64,000 nt of DNA, taken from positions 128,001 through 192,000 of the forward strand of contig CAVUKB010000004.1 of assembly GCA_963741955.1 (NCBI GenBank). Reading direction: 5' to 3'. Numbering within the stretch: position 1 is the stretch's first letter; the number at the start of each line of letters is the position of its first letter. The notes beneath the pieces are model-generated. The model was given only the letters and a program-made list of their open reading frames with translations, searched no databases and was not told the DNA's origin. This document shows positions 11,507-22,666 of this stretch, piece by piece. Origin of the DNA: an uncultured Acidobacteriota bacterium (GTDB lineage: Bacteria > Acidobacteriota > Thermoanaerobaculia > Gp7-AA8). The position numbers and the translations under genes were made by a program.

Positions 11507-14450
11507 GCGTCAACGTCGACTCCATCCAGCGGACGCTCTTCGGCGGCCAGACGCCACTCCCTCTCCTCACCGCGAGCTACCGCAACGCGGGACGTCCCGA
11601 TGTCCGCGCCGTCCAGACCGATTGCACCGCGATCCCGAACTGCACGCCGAGCTCGTTCGCGAGGAGATACGGCTACGACAGCGAGACCGGACGGCTCGAC
11701 GAGATGCGCGTCGAAACGGCGGGCGGGATGACCCTCGCCGGATCGCGCGTCGGCTTCGACGGGCTCCAGATCAACGACATCGAGATCCTCGGCGTGTCGA
11801 ACGGCGCGCGTCATTCGCGTTTCGCGTACGACGCCAGGAGCCGCCTCGCCGGGTCGATCTACGGCACGACCACCGACGCGCAGCCGACTCCGGGCGCGCC
11901 GAGCACGAGCCAGGCCACCGAAGAGCTGACCCCTGCCGACTTCCGCTCCGGCCAGGAGCGGACGCCGCAGCTCGACTCGGCGACGCGCTCGGTCCTCGCC
12001 TCGGGCGGGATCGACCTCTCGCTGCTCGACCCGCCGTCGATGACCGCGGCCGAGAGCGCGGGACACAAGATCGACTCGATCACCCGCGGCTCCACCACCG
12101 AGGCGCTCCACTACCCGCAGTCGCAGAGAACCGAGGACGGGACGTTCGTCTACGAGTGGGACGAGAAGGGGAGGCTCACGAGCGTCACGGAGAAGCCCAC
12201 GTCCGCGAACGGGAAGATCCGGCGGATCCTGTACGACTACGACGGCAACGACCGTCTCGTCGGACGCCGTGCGGAGATGGCCGAGGTTACCGATCCCGCG
12301 GCAGACCTCGCGACGCTCAGCTGGGAGCCGGCTCGGATTTCTCCCACCATCTCTGCTGCGGAGGCGGATAGCGGCCTGTCTGCTGCGTTGCGCTTGCTTC
12401 GGCTCCTCGACATAGTCACCACTATGCCTTCGTCGCCGAAGCTGCGCACGCCTTGCATCCAGACCCCTCTCCACCTTCTCGCGACGAGACGGTGAGAGAA
12501 ATCCGAGCCGGAGCCCGGTCCCGATGTCCTCGCGAGCGACGGGCTGCCGGCGGACGTCACGCTGGTGTGGGATCCGCTCTCGGACACGCTCGTCTCCATC
12601 TTCAAGGCGGGGGCGAGCCGGAACGTATCGATCGACCCGAATGGCGGACTCCTCGCGCAGTTCATCCACGGCGGGCTCTCGTACGACGACCCGATCGAGA
12701 CGACCCGCGTTTCCACGCGCCCGAGCACGACTGGCAGCGAGATCGGCCGCTTCTATCCGGTTTACGACGAGGCCGGGACGGGGAACCTCGACGCGGTGCT
12801 GAACGCGAGCGGGGAGATCGTCGCCCGCAACGTGCCGAACGACCCGTTCGGCGCGCACGAGCTCGATCTCAACGGCGCGGCGGTCGACGGGATGGCGATC
12901 CGCGCCGCAAAGGACCGCAACGGCCATCTCTCCTCGGTCGACGTCACGGTGCGGACCACCGAGGCGCTTAGCGCGGCGACGCTCGCAGCGGGTCTGCGGC
13001 TCGCGGCGGTGGACGGCGGGGGAGCGGTGGTAAGATCCTCGGGCGCAGTCCCGCAGCTCATTGACAACGATCCGTATACGGCACGCTTCACGCTGACTCC
13101 CGCGCAGTGGACCGCGCTGACGGATGCGTCTCCGGTGGGACGCTCACGCCGGCGGCGATGTCGGTCGCGGTGACGAAAGACCTCCGGGCCGCGGCATGGG
13201 GATCGGACGTCCCCGTTCTCCCGGCGCCCGACTGGGCGACCGCATCGCAGCCGGTGACGAGCTCCGGGGAGCTTCCGGTGGAAGTGCGCGAGTCGCTCTC
13301 GAGCCTCTCGGCCTGGCTCGCCGGGGTCCCGGCGGACGGCGAGGCGACGAAGAAGCTCTACGAGGTCGACTCGCTCGCCCTCCTCGCCTCGGCAGCCCCC
13401 GCCTCAGGAGGCGGCGAGAGTCCCATGGGCGCGATGCTCACCGCCCGCTTCCAGGCCCAGCCCTTCACTGAGCCGCTCACCCGCCACAACTACGTCCGCG
13501 CGAGATGGTACGACCCGGAGACCGGGACGTGGCTCTCGCCGGATCCGCTCGGGTACCGGGATAGCTCGAACCTGTACGCGTTCGCGGGCGGAGATCCGGT
13601 CAACGGAAGGGATCCGAGGGGGGCGCAAACTGCGGAGGATGACCCGAGAGATGTAGCGGACAGCGGCGTCGACATGTATTACGACGCCCGCAAGAGAGAA
13701 ACGCAGGCTCTCAAGACTGCTGGAAAGATTGGGAGAGCTGGATATCAGGTTCTCGATCTCGCGACTGACTTCGCGCCGGGCATCGGCGTATTAAAGATTC
13801 CGCTCCCTTTCATCGAGGCCTACAAGCGTGGCGGACGACGAGAGCTCATGCGCATGGGCCTAGATGCCGGCGCGGTCGTCATGATCTCCGCTGTTCTCAC
13901 ACACCGGCTCCACCCTAAAATTCAACTTACCAAGGAGGAACTGGCGCTCGAAGAGAAAGCTGAGTTCAAGCTATCGCTCGAAGCAGACGAGCTGGAGGCG
14001 AAAGCAGCCTCACTTAACGCCTCAAGTGGCCTACCAACCACCAATCCTCGACGATTGCTAGCTGGAAAGACCTCATCCGAGATGGGACTCGACTTTCAAC
14101 GGTCCGTTCATGAAGCGCTCGGCATTCCAGAGAATACGGCAAAGTTCACGGGAACAGCTCGGTCAGGGAAACTCGTTAACACCGAACCAGATCTGTACGG
14201 GCTGAGGACCGGCGTTACCGAAATTAAGGACGTTCGTGAGATCAGCTTCGGCGAGCAATTGCAAGCTCAGTTCGACGTCGCGAGGCAGTCGAACCAGTCA
14301 TTTAACCTGATCATAGGTCCCCAAACGGAAACTGTCTCGCGAGCACTACAGCAGGCCATTCGATCTCGTGGGGGTGTGATCGTTTAGTACGATGCCGCGA
14401 CGGGAAAGTGGCGGTACGTGAAATTTGATCGCAATAAGGTGGTTCGATGA
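11506..14450 (+). pseudogene. Orphan Rhs-B cassette with Tox-REase-7-like tip (MITE insertion, frameshift ~13137, TAG at 14385)
   Basis: Rhs core RARWYDPETGTWLSPDPLG. Tip EPD...TEIKDV..ISF.EQL....A.....FNLII....TVS..L. Frame continues past TAG to TGA at 14450. Confidence 0.8.
12329..12510. mobile_element. 182-bp MITE inserted in Rhs-B stem
   Basis: TIRs CGGCTCGGATTTCTCCCACCATCT / AGACGGTGAGAGAAATCCGAGCCG, GAGC on both flanks; absent from the paralogous stems at ~25815 and ~47595. Confidence 0.85.
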
Positions 14451-15199
14451 AAGAACGGCTTGCCATCGGGCTTTTGACGCCATTATCGATGGACGACGCG
14501 TCAAGCGGCGCAAGAGTGCTTGACATCCTAGTTCGAACGGCACCGGAGCTATCGCCTGAGTTCTATGGCAACTTCGAGCCGGTAAAGACGCCGTTTCAGT
14601 CAATTGAAGAGAGCGTCGGTTGGTGGAAGCCTCCGTTTCTTTGGAAGCGTACAAAGCGCGTGCGCGTCGATGGTGCTGTGTGGTTTACAAACCGAGGCAA
14701 TCACTCTGCTGTGTACATCACGGTGAAGGCGCGGCGTCCGCCAATAGAACAGGCGGTCGCTTTCATTCAAGCTGCGGCGCTTACGCTGTCGGCCGACTTA
14801 GCATATGTGCATCTGATGACGGAAGAGGAGACCAAGTCGTCGCGCGGCACCTACGATACGTGGTACCCGATCGACATCGGAATCACGACGCACGACTTGA
14901 AGAACGGCATTCCGAACGTCTGCTGGGCCATGGTGTTCGGGCCGGCATATGTCCGACTGATTGGCCGGGAGAAGCTCCGTACCGCGCCATGCTTCGACGT
15001 TAAGGATCTGGCTGACGAGCATGTCTATCTTCAGGTAACGGCGGACGTTGAAGCTATCCAGCAAGACTTCCAAGATTTCGATGACCTGCGGCAAAGAATC
15101 AGAGAGCATCTGGGCGAACAGTTTTTCCTAGCGCGACATCCTGATGATTCGGCGCGAGCTGTCCCGCAGTTCAGCGACAAACTCGGCGCCACTTCGTGA
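14447..15199 (+). CDS. Putative immunity protein (250 aa)
   Basis: ATGA overlap with the toxin's restored stop; lower GC; W..VFGP.YV motif. Confidence 0.75.
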   Translation: MKERLAIGLLTPLSMDDASSGARVLDILVRTAPELSPEFYGNFEPVKTPFQSIEESVGWWKPPFLWKRTKRVRVDGAVWFTNRGNHSAVYITVKARRPPIEQAVAFIQAAALTLSADLAYVHLMTEEETKSSRGTYDTWYPIDIGITTHDLKNGIPNVCWAMVFGPAYVRLIGREKLRTAPCFDVKDLADEHVYLQVTADVEAIQQDFQDFDDLRQRIREHLGEQFFLARHPDDSARAVPQFSDKLGATS

Positions 15200-15336
15200 T
15201 GTTGCCCTGCTCAGAAACTCTGCACGGAGCATCGGATCCTATTGAAGGTGGCGAGCGATATCACGGCTCGCGGGCACGATGAGCGGAAGAGCGGCGGCGG
15301 AATCTCCCCGCAGCGGTGTCCTGCTCGGAAGGAAGA

Positions 15337-15681
15337 GGGTCAAGGAAGAGGGTCGGGCCTTCGCTCATCGCTCGCCCATCGTGCCGCGAAGATCGGGGTC
15401 AGGCCTTCGATTCTCGGTCGCGAGTGTAAGCGGCTGCATGGTCTGTGGTTAGCGACACGGTGACTTTGACTCTGAACGGAGAAAGCGGGGTCAGGTGCGT
15501 CGCTTCTCGGTTGATTCGTCAGATGCTCGATCGAATGCGGCGTAGTGGACTGGTGTCGATGGAGATCAGAACGGATTCGGCCTCCGTCTCGTGCCGAAAC
15601 CTGGACCGGGCGTCACTTGGAACGAGGCTCCGCCAGGGCGAATCGTCAGGAGTGATCAGTTTTCAGGGGATCGCGGTTGCC
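15337..15681. repeat. GGGGTCA motif cluster (15337, 15350, 15395, 15487); block homologous to ~43710-44003
   Basis: Direct sequence similarity; TAA-N19-TTA box at 15427-15451. Confidence 0.75.
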
Positions 15682-15991
15682 TCAGAACGGTGGTGGGCCG
15701 GCTGAGTCGCGGATGATGTCCGGGGGCGGAAGCATCGGCCAGATCGGAAGCGGACGCGCCGGAGGGGAGCCCGGGACTCCGGGCTGAAGCGACGCGAGGC
15801 ACTGGTCGGCGAGAACGCGGAGAAGAGGATCATTCGCCAGCTCGCGCTCGGAACGCGAGATCAAGTTCGAGACGTGTCCGGTGCTGCCGAGGCGCAAGGT
15901 GGCAGCGATCGGACGGAGCTGCTCGGCGCTCTCGTATCGGCCGAGCCACGCGGCCAGCATCCGTGCCGCGCCGCCTCGGCCGTGACGAATC
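15682..15991 (-). pseudogene. C-terminal relic of Y1/RAYT-like transposase (DnaA-C-like HTH tail)
   Basis: AWLGRYESAEQLRPIAATLRLGSTGHVSNLISRSERELANDP; the homologue at 51637-51910 is joined to a RAYT N-terminus. Cut by ISL3. Confidence 0.65.
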
Positions 15992-17575
15992 GGATCTCCT
16001 AACAGGTGTGTAGCAGAGTTCATAGGCCGAGAGGATGGAATGCGATTGCTGACGTACAGAGGAACGCCATTGCGATCAGAGCTTCCGCGGTGTGAAAGCC
16101 GAAAGCGCGGTGACTGAGCATTCGGATCTTGTTGTTGCAGCCTTCAGCAACTGCATTCGTGAGTCGATACTCGAAGTAACGGCGGATGCCAGGCCATTTC
16201 GCCGCGACGGTTCGCGCGAAGCGAACGAGGGGTTGAATGCGGCTATGAACCGCGGACTGATACCAGCGCTTGAACCGTCGATCAGCTTGGCGGACGGACG
16301 AGGAGTCATAGATTTCCTGAAAGGATTCCTTGACCAGGTAACTGCGAAAGAGGGTGTGATTCATCCGCGCGAGCTCCGAGAGTTTCGCCTCCTCGGCATC
16401 ACGCAGGTTCCAGGGGTTCTTCAGGAGGACGAACCGAGTGGATTTGAGAGCGGAGCGCTCCTCGCCGGTGGCCTTTCGCATCTCGTCCCGCCTCACCTGA
16501 TCGATCGCATTCCCGAGGAGTTGGACCACGTGGAACCGATCGAAAACGACCTCGGCGTTCGGCAGTCGGTCGCGAACAGCTTTCTCGAAGGCCGCGCTCA
16601 TGTCGATGCTCACCAGACGGATTCGCGCGCAGCGCTCGGGGCCGAGCAGATCGAACAGCCCGTCGAGAACCTCTGCACTTTTACCCTTCGCCGCCCAGAT
16701 CATCTGCCCGGTCTCGTGGTTCGTGACCACGGTCATGAACTTCTTCGGCCGCCCCCAGCAGATCTCGTCGATGCCGATCCGGGTCAGATTCTCGAGCGCG
16801 TTCGGGTCGCGTTTTTCGGCAACCACTCGAGCGGCGATCCGTCCGGCCGTGAGCCAGCTGACCTTGAAGTACGCCGAGACCGCGGTTTGATTGGATCGCT
16901 GCAGAAACCAGGCAAGCTCGTCTTCGAACGCGCGGGTGAACATCGAACCAGGCCGTGCCCACGGAACCGCGGCCGTTCGCACCCCGCAGCGGCGGCAACG
17001 CACCCGCGGCAGATCCGCCCGCAGGATCACCCGGCATCCCCAGAGGCCGAGATGACGCCATTCGCGATGCTTCATCACCGTTCCGTGAAGCTCGGGAGCA
17101 ACCCGTCCGCACCCTCCGCACCGCGGACGTCTCCACGTTGGACTCACGTCGAGATAGAGACTCCGAGCTTCGAACCGAACCCCGCGAACCGTTACGTTTG
17201 CCATGTTGAGCAACTTCCGGAACAATGTCGTCAGGCGCACCGTGCCTGTCCTCCCCGTGTCTTGGTTTCATCGACTACAGACTACGGGAAATGGGCAGCA
17301 CGGTTCGCCGATTCCAACCTGCTATCGCTGCTTCGATCTTCACCTCTCCACGAGCAGCGACTTTCGGGGCACCTTCAGATCCTTCCGCGACGGCGGGGCA
17401 AGTTGTGGGAACGGCGGAAAACGCGGCGGCCGGGTGGCGGCGTTTTCCGCGGTTTCCACAACTTCGCTTTCCGAACGCTTCGGCGAACACCGACTTGCTC
17501 CTCGAAAACAGCCGCGTCGCCGTTCCTGCATGCCTCCGACAATCATTCCGCACCTACACACCTGTTAGGAGAACC
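15992..17575 (-). mobile_element. ISL3-family insertion sequence
   Basis: 22-bp IRs GG(A/T)TCTCCTAACAGGTGTGTAG; no target duplication. Confidence 0.9.
16020..17240 (-). CDS. ISL3 transposase
   Basis: CxxC zinc finger, IGIDE, SIDMS, VFDRFHV, TNAVAEGCNNKI. Confidence 0.95.
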   Translation of the reverse strand: MRLTTLFRKLLNMANVTVRGVRFEARSLYLDVSPTWRRPRCGGCGRVAPELHGTVMKHREWRHLGLWGCRVILRADLPRVRCRRCGVRTAAVPWARPGSMFTRAFEDELAWFLQRSNQTAVSAYFKVSWLTAGRIAARVVAEKRDPNALENLTRIGIDEICWGRPKKFMTVVTNHETGQMIWAAKGKSAEVLDGLFDLLGPERCARIRLVSIDMSAAFEKAVRDRLPNAEVVFDRFHVVQLLGNAIDQVRRDEMRKATGEERSALKSTRFVLLKNPWNLRDAEEAKLSELARMNHTLFRSYLVKESFQEIYDSSSVRQADRRFKRWYQSAVHSRIQPLVRFARTVAAKWPGIRRYFEYRLTNAVAEGCNNKIRMLSHRAFGFHTAEALIAMAFLCTSAIAFHPLGL

Positions 17576-18843
17576 ACACATTTCAGGTTGGCGTAGCGAC
17601 GGGCCAACTCGGCCTGGATCTCTACCTGATGAAAGGAGGTGGCGAGCTCGCCGAGATGAAGGAAGGCTCGCTACTCGCTGAAGCCAAAGCGGCCGAGCGA
17701 TTCAGGAGAGAGGTTCGCGCCGCGGAGGAGTTGTCGGATCTCGAACGTGGTGGCGGGCGAGCGATATCCGAGGTCAAGGCAGGGATGAAAGAGGTCGGGC
17801 TCGAGCCGTGCCCGATCGGTGCGTGCCTCATCGGGAGTGCGCACATCGCAACTCCCGGCGGCTTCGAGCCCATCGAAGACATCAAGGTGGGGGACCGCGT
17901 GACCTCGACGTATGTCGATTCCTCGCACCCCGACGGGTGGACCGATGTCGATCCGATCGACTGGCATGTCCTCACGTTGCGGATGGACAATCCGCAGCAG
18001 CCAGGCGACACCTATGAAATCGAGATGCTCCGTCCAGTCGGATGGGTCGTTGCGCACGGAGCATACCCTGGCCGCACGATCGAGCTCGCGACCGAACGCA
18101 ATGCGAGGGACGAGGCGCACGTCGTGAGCGTCGAGCCGGCACCGCGGATCGCCACCGGCTCGGGTCGCGTCGTTCTCGCGACGTACGTTCACCAGGACCA
18201 GATTCTCTCTATCCGGTTCGTTGGAGTGGACGAGCCGGTGGCGTCCTCGCCGTGGCACCGTCTTTTCTCCGTCGATCGACATGACTGGATCATGGCTCGG
18301 GATCTCCGCGTCGGCGAGCGCGTTCGCGCGAGATCCGGAGAGGCCACGATCGCGGCGATCGAGCAAGAATTTGCAGGAGCGCGCGTGTTCGACATTGAGG
18401 TTGAGCGCGATCACGCGTACTATCTTGGCCCGGCCGCCATACTGAGCCACAATTGTGGAGATCGTCTGCGCGACCTTCCCGATCGACCCGGTATCTACCA
18501 CGTTGAGGCGGAGGGTCGCTATTATACGGGGTCGGCGATAAACGTCCGGAGCAGAGTTATGGATCCGAATCATCCAGCGCGAGAGCTGTTCGACGCCGGC
18601 GATGCAAAGATTACGATCTGGGACGTCGACCTTGGTCACGCGAATCCGGCTCTGACGACAAGGGGAACGATGGGGGCAGCATACAACCACAGCCTGCGAG
18701 GCGCCGAGCAAACGATCATGGATGAAGTAGGAAACGTGCCACGTACGGGCGGTTCCCTGAACCGCATCCGTGCGGCTGCCGTAGGTCGGCATGAACATTT
18801 CCTGCGTCAGAACCCTCTCGTTGGTCTTCCGAAGAGGTACTAG
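17576..18843 (+). pseudogene. 5'-truncated toxin cassette: pretoxin Hint domain plus GIY-YIG-like nuclease
   Basis: CLIG...IEDIKVGDRV...VFDIEVERDHAYY...LSHN/C, then LPDRPGIYHV..RYYTGSAINVRSR. Upstream part lost at the ISL3 end. Confidence 0.8.
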
Positions 18844-18844
18844 A

Positions 18845-19711
18845 ATGAGCTTGTCGATGATGCACCAAGAAATGGTGAGCTATGTTGGCTCCATGCCATC
18901 TGAGCGAATTGTGATCGTTGCAGATCGCAACCAGCAAACACGGATGAGCGCGATTCTGGGCCCGGGGCGGGTAGTACTACCTCAACAAGCGGCTACGCTG
19001 TTGCGGTCTCGAACCGACGTCGCTGTTAGACTCGACATCAAACAGCCCAATGTACTTCGGGACGTGTTACTCGATATGGCCGAACTTCAGGTGAAGTATT
19101 TGGCCATACCATCCGTACTCGCGACGGAGATTTACACCACTCTCTTGCCGAAGGCGGTCAAAGTGTTAGAATTCACGGGCCCTGAAGTCGCCCGAGTTGA
19201 CGCATCGGCCAGAGTTGAAGGTCTGACGCGTCTAGTAGGGGATCGCGTTAAGTGCGAGCCGCAGTCGTTTCGCACCCTTTTGCACACAGACATCGAGGCC
19301 GACTCTGCGGGCGTGCGGTTCATCGTTAACTCGCGGCAATTGAGGACTGTCAACGCGAAGAAGGCGGGCAATTCGGATTTCATAAAGTCTTTGGAGGGAT
19401 CTGAACTGGTGCAGCTGGGTATCCGTGGCGCGTCGCGTGTGAATCTGTTTGATGTGTCCAGGATGCGTAAGCTGGTCGGTCTATGGGTCCAAGACGTTAG
19501 GGGTGAACTTGATCTCGCGCCCCTTGCTGCCAGCGAGATTTGCGAGCTCACGATCGGTTATTGCTCCCAAGTTCGAAACATCGACGTGCTACGAGACTGG
19601 ACATCCTTACGCAGGCTTCATGTCTTCGGTTGTGGGGATATCGGCGTAGAAAAGGCGATCAGAGCCGTCGAAGGCCGCTTCGAGGTTGTGGTCATCGATG
19701 GTTCGGGATAA
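18845..19711 (+). CDS. Putative LRR-like immunity protein
   Basis: Starts 1 nt after toxin stop; LxxLxI repeats (LVQLGI, LVGLWV, ICELTI, LRRLHV). Confidence 0.65.
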   Translation: MSLSMMHQEMVSYVGSMPSERIVIVADRNQQTRMSAILGPGRVVLPQQAATLLRSRTDVAVRLDIKQPNVLRDVLLDMAELQVKYLAIPSVLATEIYTTLLPKAVKVLEFTGPEVARVDASARVEGLTRLVGDRVKCEPQSFRTLLHTDIEADSAGVRFIVNSRQLRTVNAKKAGNSDFIKSLEGSELVQLGIRGASRVNLFDVSRMRKLVGLWVQDVRGELDLAPLAASEICELTIGYCSQVRNIDVLRDWTSLRRLHVFGCGDIGVEKAIRAVEGRFEVVVIDGSG

Positions 19712-19731
19712 CAGCGACCTAACTCCAATAT

Positions 19732-20073
19732 GGGGGCGAGGCCTTCGCCTGTCGGTTCTTCGTCCTAAGCCACTGTCGAAGCAGCACTTCGGTTGCGCTG
19801 TCTCTCGGCGCGGATTGCACTCCATGCCCCTCCGCAGTGGTCGTCCGGGCCCTCGAGAGCCGGCGCGTTGCTCCGAACCTATTCTACGAGGAGTAGAACC
19901 CTGGGCGCGAGAGCCGAGGGACTCTCGGTCGCCTGGTACGACCACGTCGACTCGAGTTTCGCGCCGCCGCGTTCCACGTCGCCCGGCGCGGCAACGGGCC
20001 GATTCAATTCGCGGAGACGTCGTTTTCGTGCAGCAACTTGGACGCATCGACCGAAGAGCGAAGGCCTGACTCC
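19732..20073 (+). mobile_element. 342-bp non-autonomous element with inverted GGGGTCA-type ends containing decayed Y1 transposase 5' end
   Basis: Left GGGGGCGAGGCCTTCG, right CGAAGGCCTGACTCC; internal LVRPRRLEFRAAAFHVARRGN resembles MARPLRLEFPGAVFHVTSRRN. Confidence 0.7.
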
Positions 20074-22666
20074 GAACAACCGCCTCGGGTTCGAGGACGG
20101 AAAGCCGGTTCCGCCGTCCGGGAACGAGATCCCCGGCCTCTCCTGGCCGACCGGCCCCGTGACGGGATTCCCGAGTGGCGAGGTCACCGTCTCGGGAGGA
20201 ACCGTGGTTTGGGGCGGCGCGCTCGAGCGAGACACGGCCGCTCGCATCAAAAAGATCGATCTAGCCGGAGTCGTCTCCCATGGTTCCAGCTACACCTACG
20301 ACAAGGACCGTGGATGGCTCCGCGAGTCGATTCTGGTGCGGCCGGACGAGAAGCTCAGTTCGGTCCCGCCCACGATCGATTCGTTCGTCCCGGCCGACTT
20401 CCTCACTCTCCACGAAGCTCCTTCGGCACTCTCTACAGCGCAGAACCAGAAGCTCGGGGAGAAGGCGTGGTCGATCGAGCCCGCAACCTGGAGCGCCTCG
20501 CGGCAGACCGGGAGCCGGATCGGAACGCTGACCCTCTCTCTCCCGGGTCTGGACGACCTCTCCCGCACGTTCCAGTACACCGGCGGCCGGCGCACCTCGG
20601 ACGGAGTCTGGACGTACACGTGGGACGATTTCGAGCGGCTCACCGCGATGGAGAACCCCTCGACCGCGCGTCGCATCGAGTTCCGGTACGACACGAATGG
20701 GCGGGTGATCTCCCGGACGGCATTCCGAACCGATGGCATCGATCCGCTCCTCGAAGACCGTGGGGACATTCTCGCGAAAGACGGGCTTCCGGCCGACACG
20801 ACGTTCGTCTGGGATCCGATCGCCGACCGTCTCGTGGCGATCTTCGAAGGTCGCCAGACACTGGTCCCCGGCGGCCCGAAAGCGTACGACGGTCTCCTCC
20901 GCCAGATGCTCCATGGCGACCAGGGGTACGACGATCCGGTCGAGGTCCTCAAACGCGTCGGCGGCAGCTCGGCGGCCCCGGAAGTCGAGCACCTCTATCC
21001 GGTGGTCGACCACTCGGGGACCGGCTCCCTCCAGGCGGTCCTCGGCGCGGACGGCAATCTCATCGAGCGCGTCCTCTACGGCAGCGCCTGGGGAGCGAAG
21101 CCGAAGTACCTCCAGGGACCGCTCGTCGAGAACGCGAAGCTCGAAGCAGAGAAGGACGGCAGCGGAAATCTCACGAAGGTCACCGCCGAGATCCGGCTGA
21201 CCGAGAAGATCGCCGAGAGCTCGCTCCCGGGCATGGTGATCCATCTGCTAAAGGCCGACGGCAGCGAAGCCGCGGGAACGACGGGTACGCTCACGGTCGA
21301 TTCGAAGAAGCCGAACGTCCTCCTCTGGACGATGACCGGCGCGGAGTGGCAGTCGTGGACCGCCGCGAGCGGAGCGGCGACGCTCGAGATCGCCGTCACG
21401 GACCAGCTCCGCGCGGAAGCGTGGGGGGAAACGCCGGTCATGCCGGCCCCCGAGTGGGCGCCGACGCTGTATGGTGTAAAATCGAGTGCATCACAACCGT
21501 GGCAGCGTCGCGAGTCCCTCGCAACGCTCGCCACCGAGCTCTTTGACAAGACCGCGGCCGGCGCGACCCGCGACCGGGAGATCTACGACATCCCGGACCT
21601 CTATCTCGCCGCCTCGTCCGACTCCAAGACGCAGCTCCTGACCGGCTTTCACGCCTATCCCTTTACGGAACCCGCATCCGGGCTCGTCTACCTCCGCGCA
21701 AGGTGGTACGACCCAGGGACGGGGAGCTTCCTCAGTCCTGACCCGCTGGGGTATCAGGACTCCTCGAATCTCTACGCATTCTGCGGCGGCGATCCGGTCA
21801 ACTGCTCGGACCCGACCGGCAACGCTGGCGTCAAGAAGGGATCGATCAGCTATCCCGACAATCCTCTGCCAGGTGAGACGCGCGAGCAGTACGTCACTCG
21901 GCTAACCAAGAGCGGCCAGGTCAGCTTCATGGACGCCGCAATGATGGGCGAGTGCTACTTCACGAGCCAATGCGGCAGCGCCCGAATCACGGAGATCGCA
22001 CAGCAGGTCGATACCCGTGTAAAGGCACAAGCGAAGCTGATGCTGACGATGGAGGCTGTCGGAGTCGCGACGGTCTTCACGGGCGGTGCAGCGGGCGGGT
22101 TGGTGACCACATACGGTGGCGGGACATTGCTTGCCACAACCATCGGCGGAGCTGTCGGAGGAGCAGCGGGGCAGGGAACGGCAGACCTCATCAGAGGCAA
22201 GCGTTCGTCGGGCGCTGACTACGCACAGTCAGCGCTGCTCGGAATCGGCGGTGCTTACATTGGTGGCGCCGTCATGGGCGGTGTGGATCCAGGGCCGCTC
22301 ACGATCTTCAAAGCTCCGGTTCGATCGTTTCCGACGCTAACGTTCAGGTACTCGGAGACGCCTGGCATCGCCGCGAACATCGAGACAGCGCAGCAGTCTG
22401 GAACACCAAGTACGCTTTCACGGGCGACGAACAGAAGCTTGATTCGTGCGAATCGCCGTGTAGCTCTGCGGGGTCAGACCGCTCCGGGGTCGGGTTTGTC
22501 GCTCGATGAATATCCGTTCGCATCGACGTATCAAGGTGGATCAGGGGCGCAGGTAGCGGCCGTGCCGGTGCACGAACAGAACGTACAGGGAGGGAAGCTG
22601 TCCATCTTCTATCAGGAGCATGCGATCGGTGAAGGTGACTGGTTCCATGTAGTGATAAAACCATGA
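20074..22666 (+). pseudogene. Orphan Rhs-A cassette with NucA/NucB-type DNase tip
   Basis: Stem homologous to ~5070-6800; tip NRRVAL...LDEYPFASTYQGG...EQNVQGG. Confidence 0.88.

Noticed and set aside
14385-14387. Pyrrolysine or recoded TAG
   Set aside because: Single case in an already disrupted cassette; TAG is a normal stop elsewhere in the window.
19793-20073. Predicted N-termini of the 957-aa and 948-aa Rhs ORFs (also 8728-8940)
   Set aside because: They are read-through of mobile-element DNA from non-ATG starts; Rhs homology starts only after the element ends.
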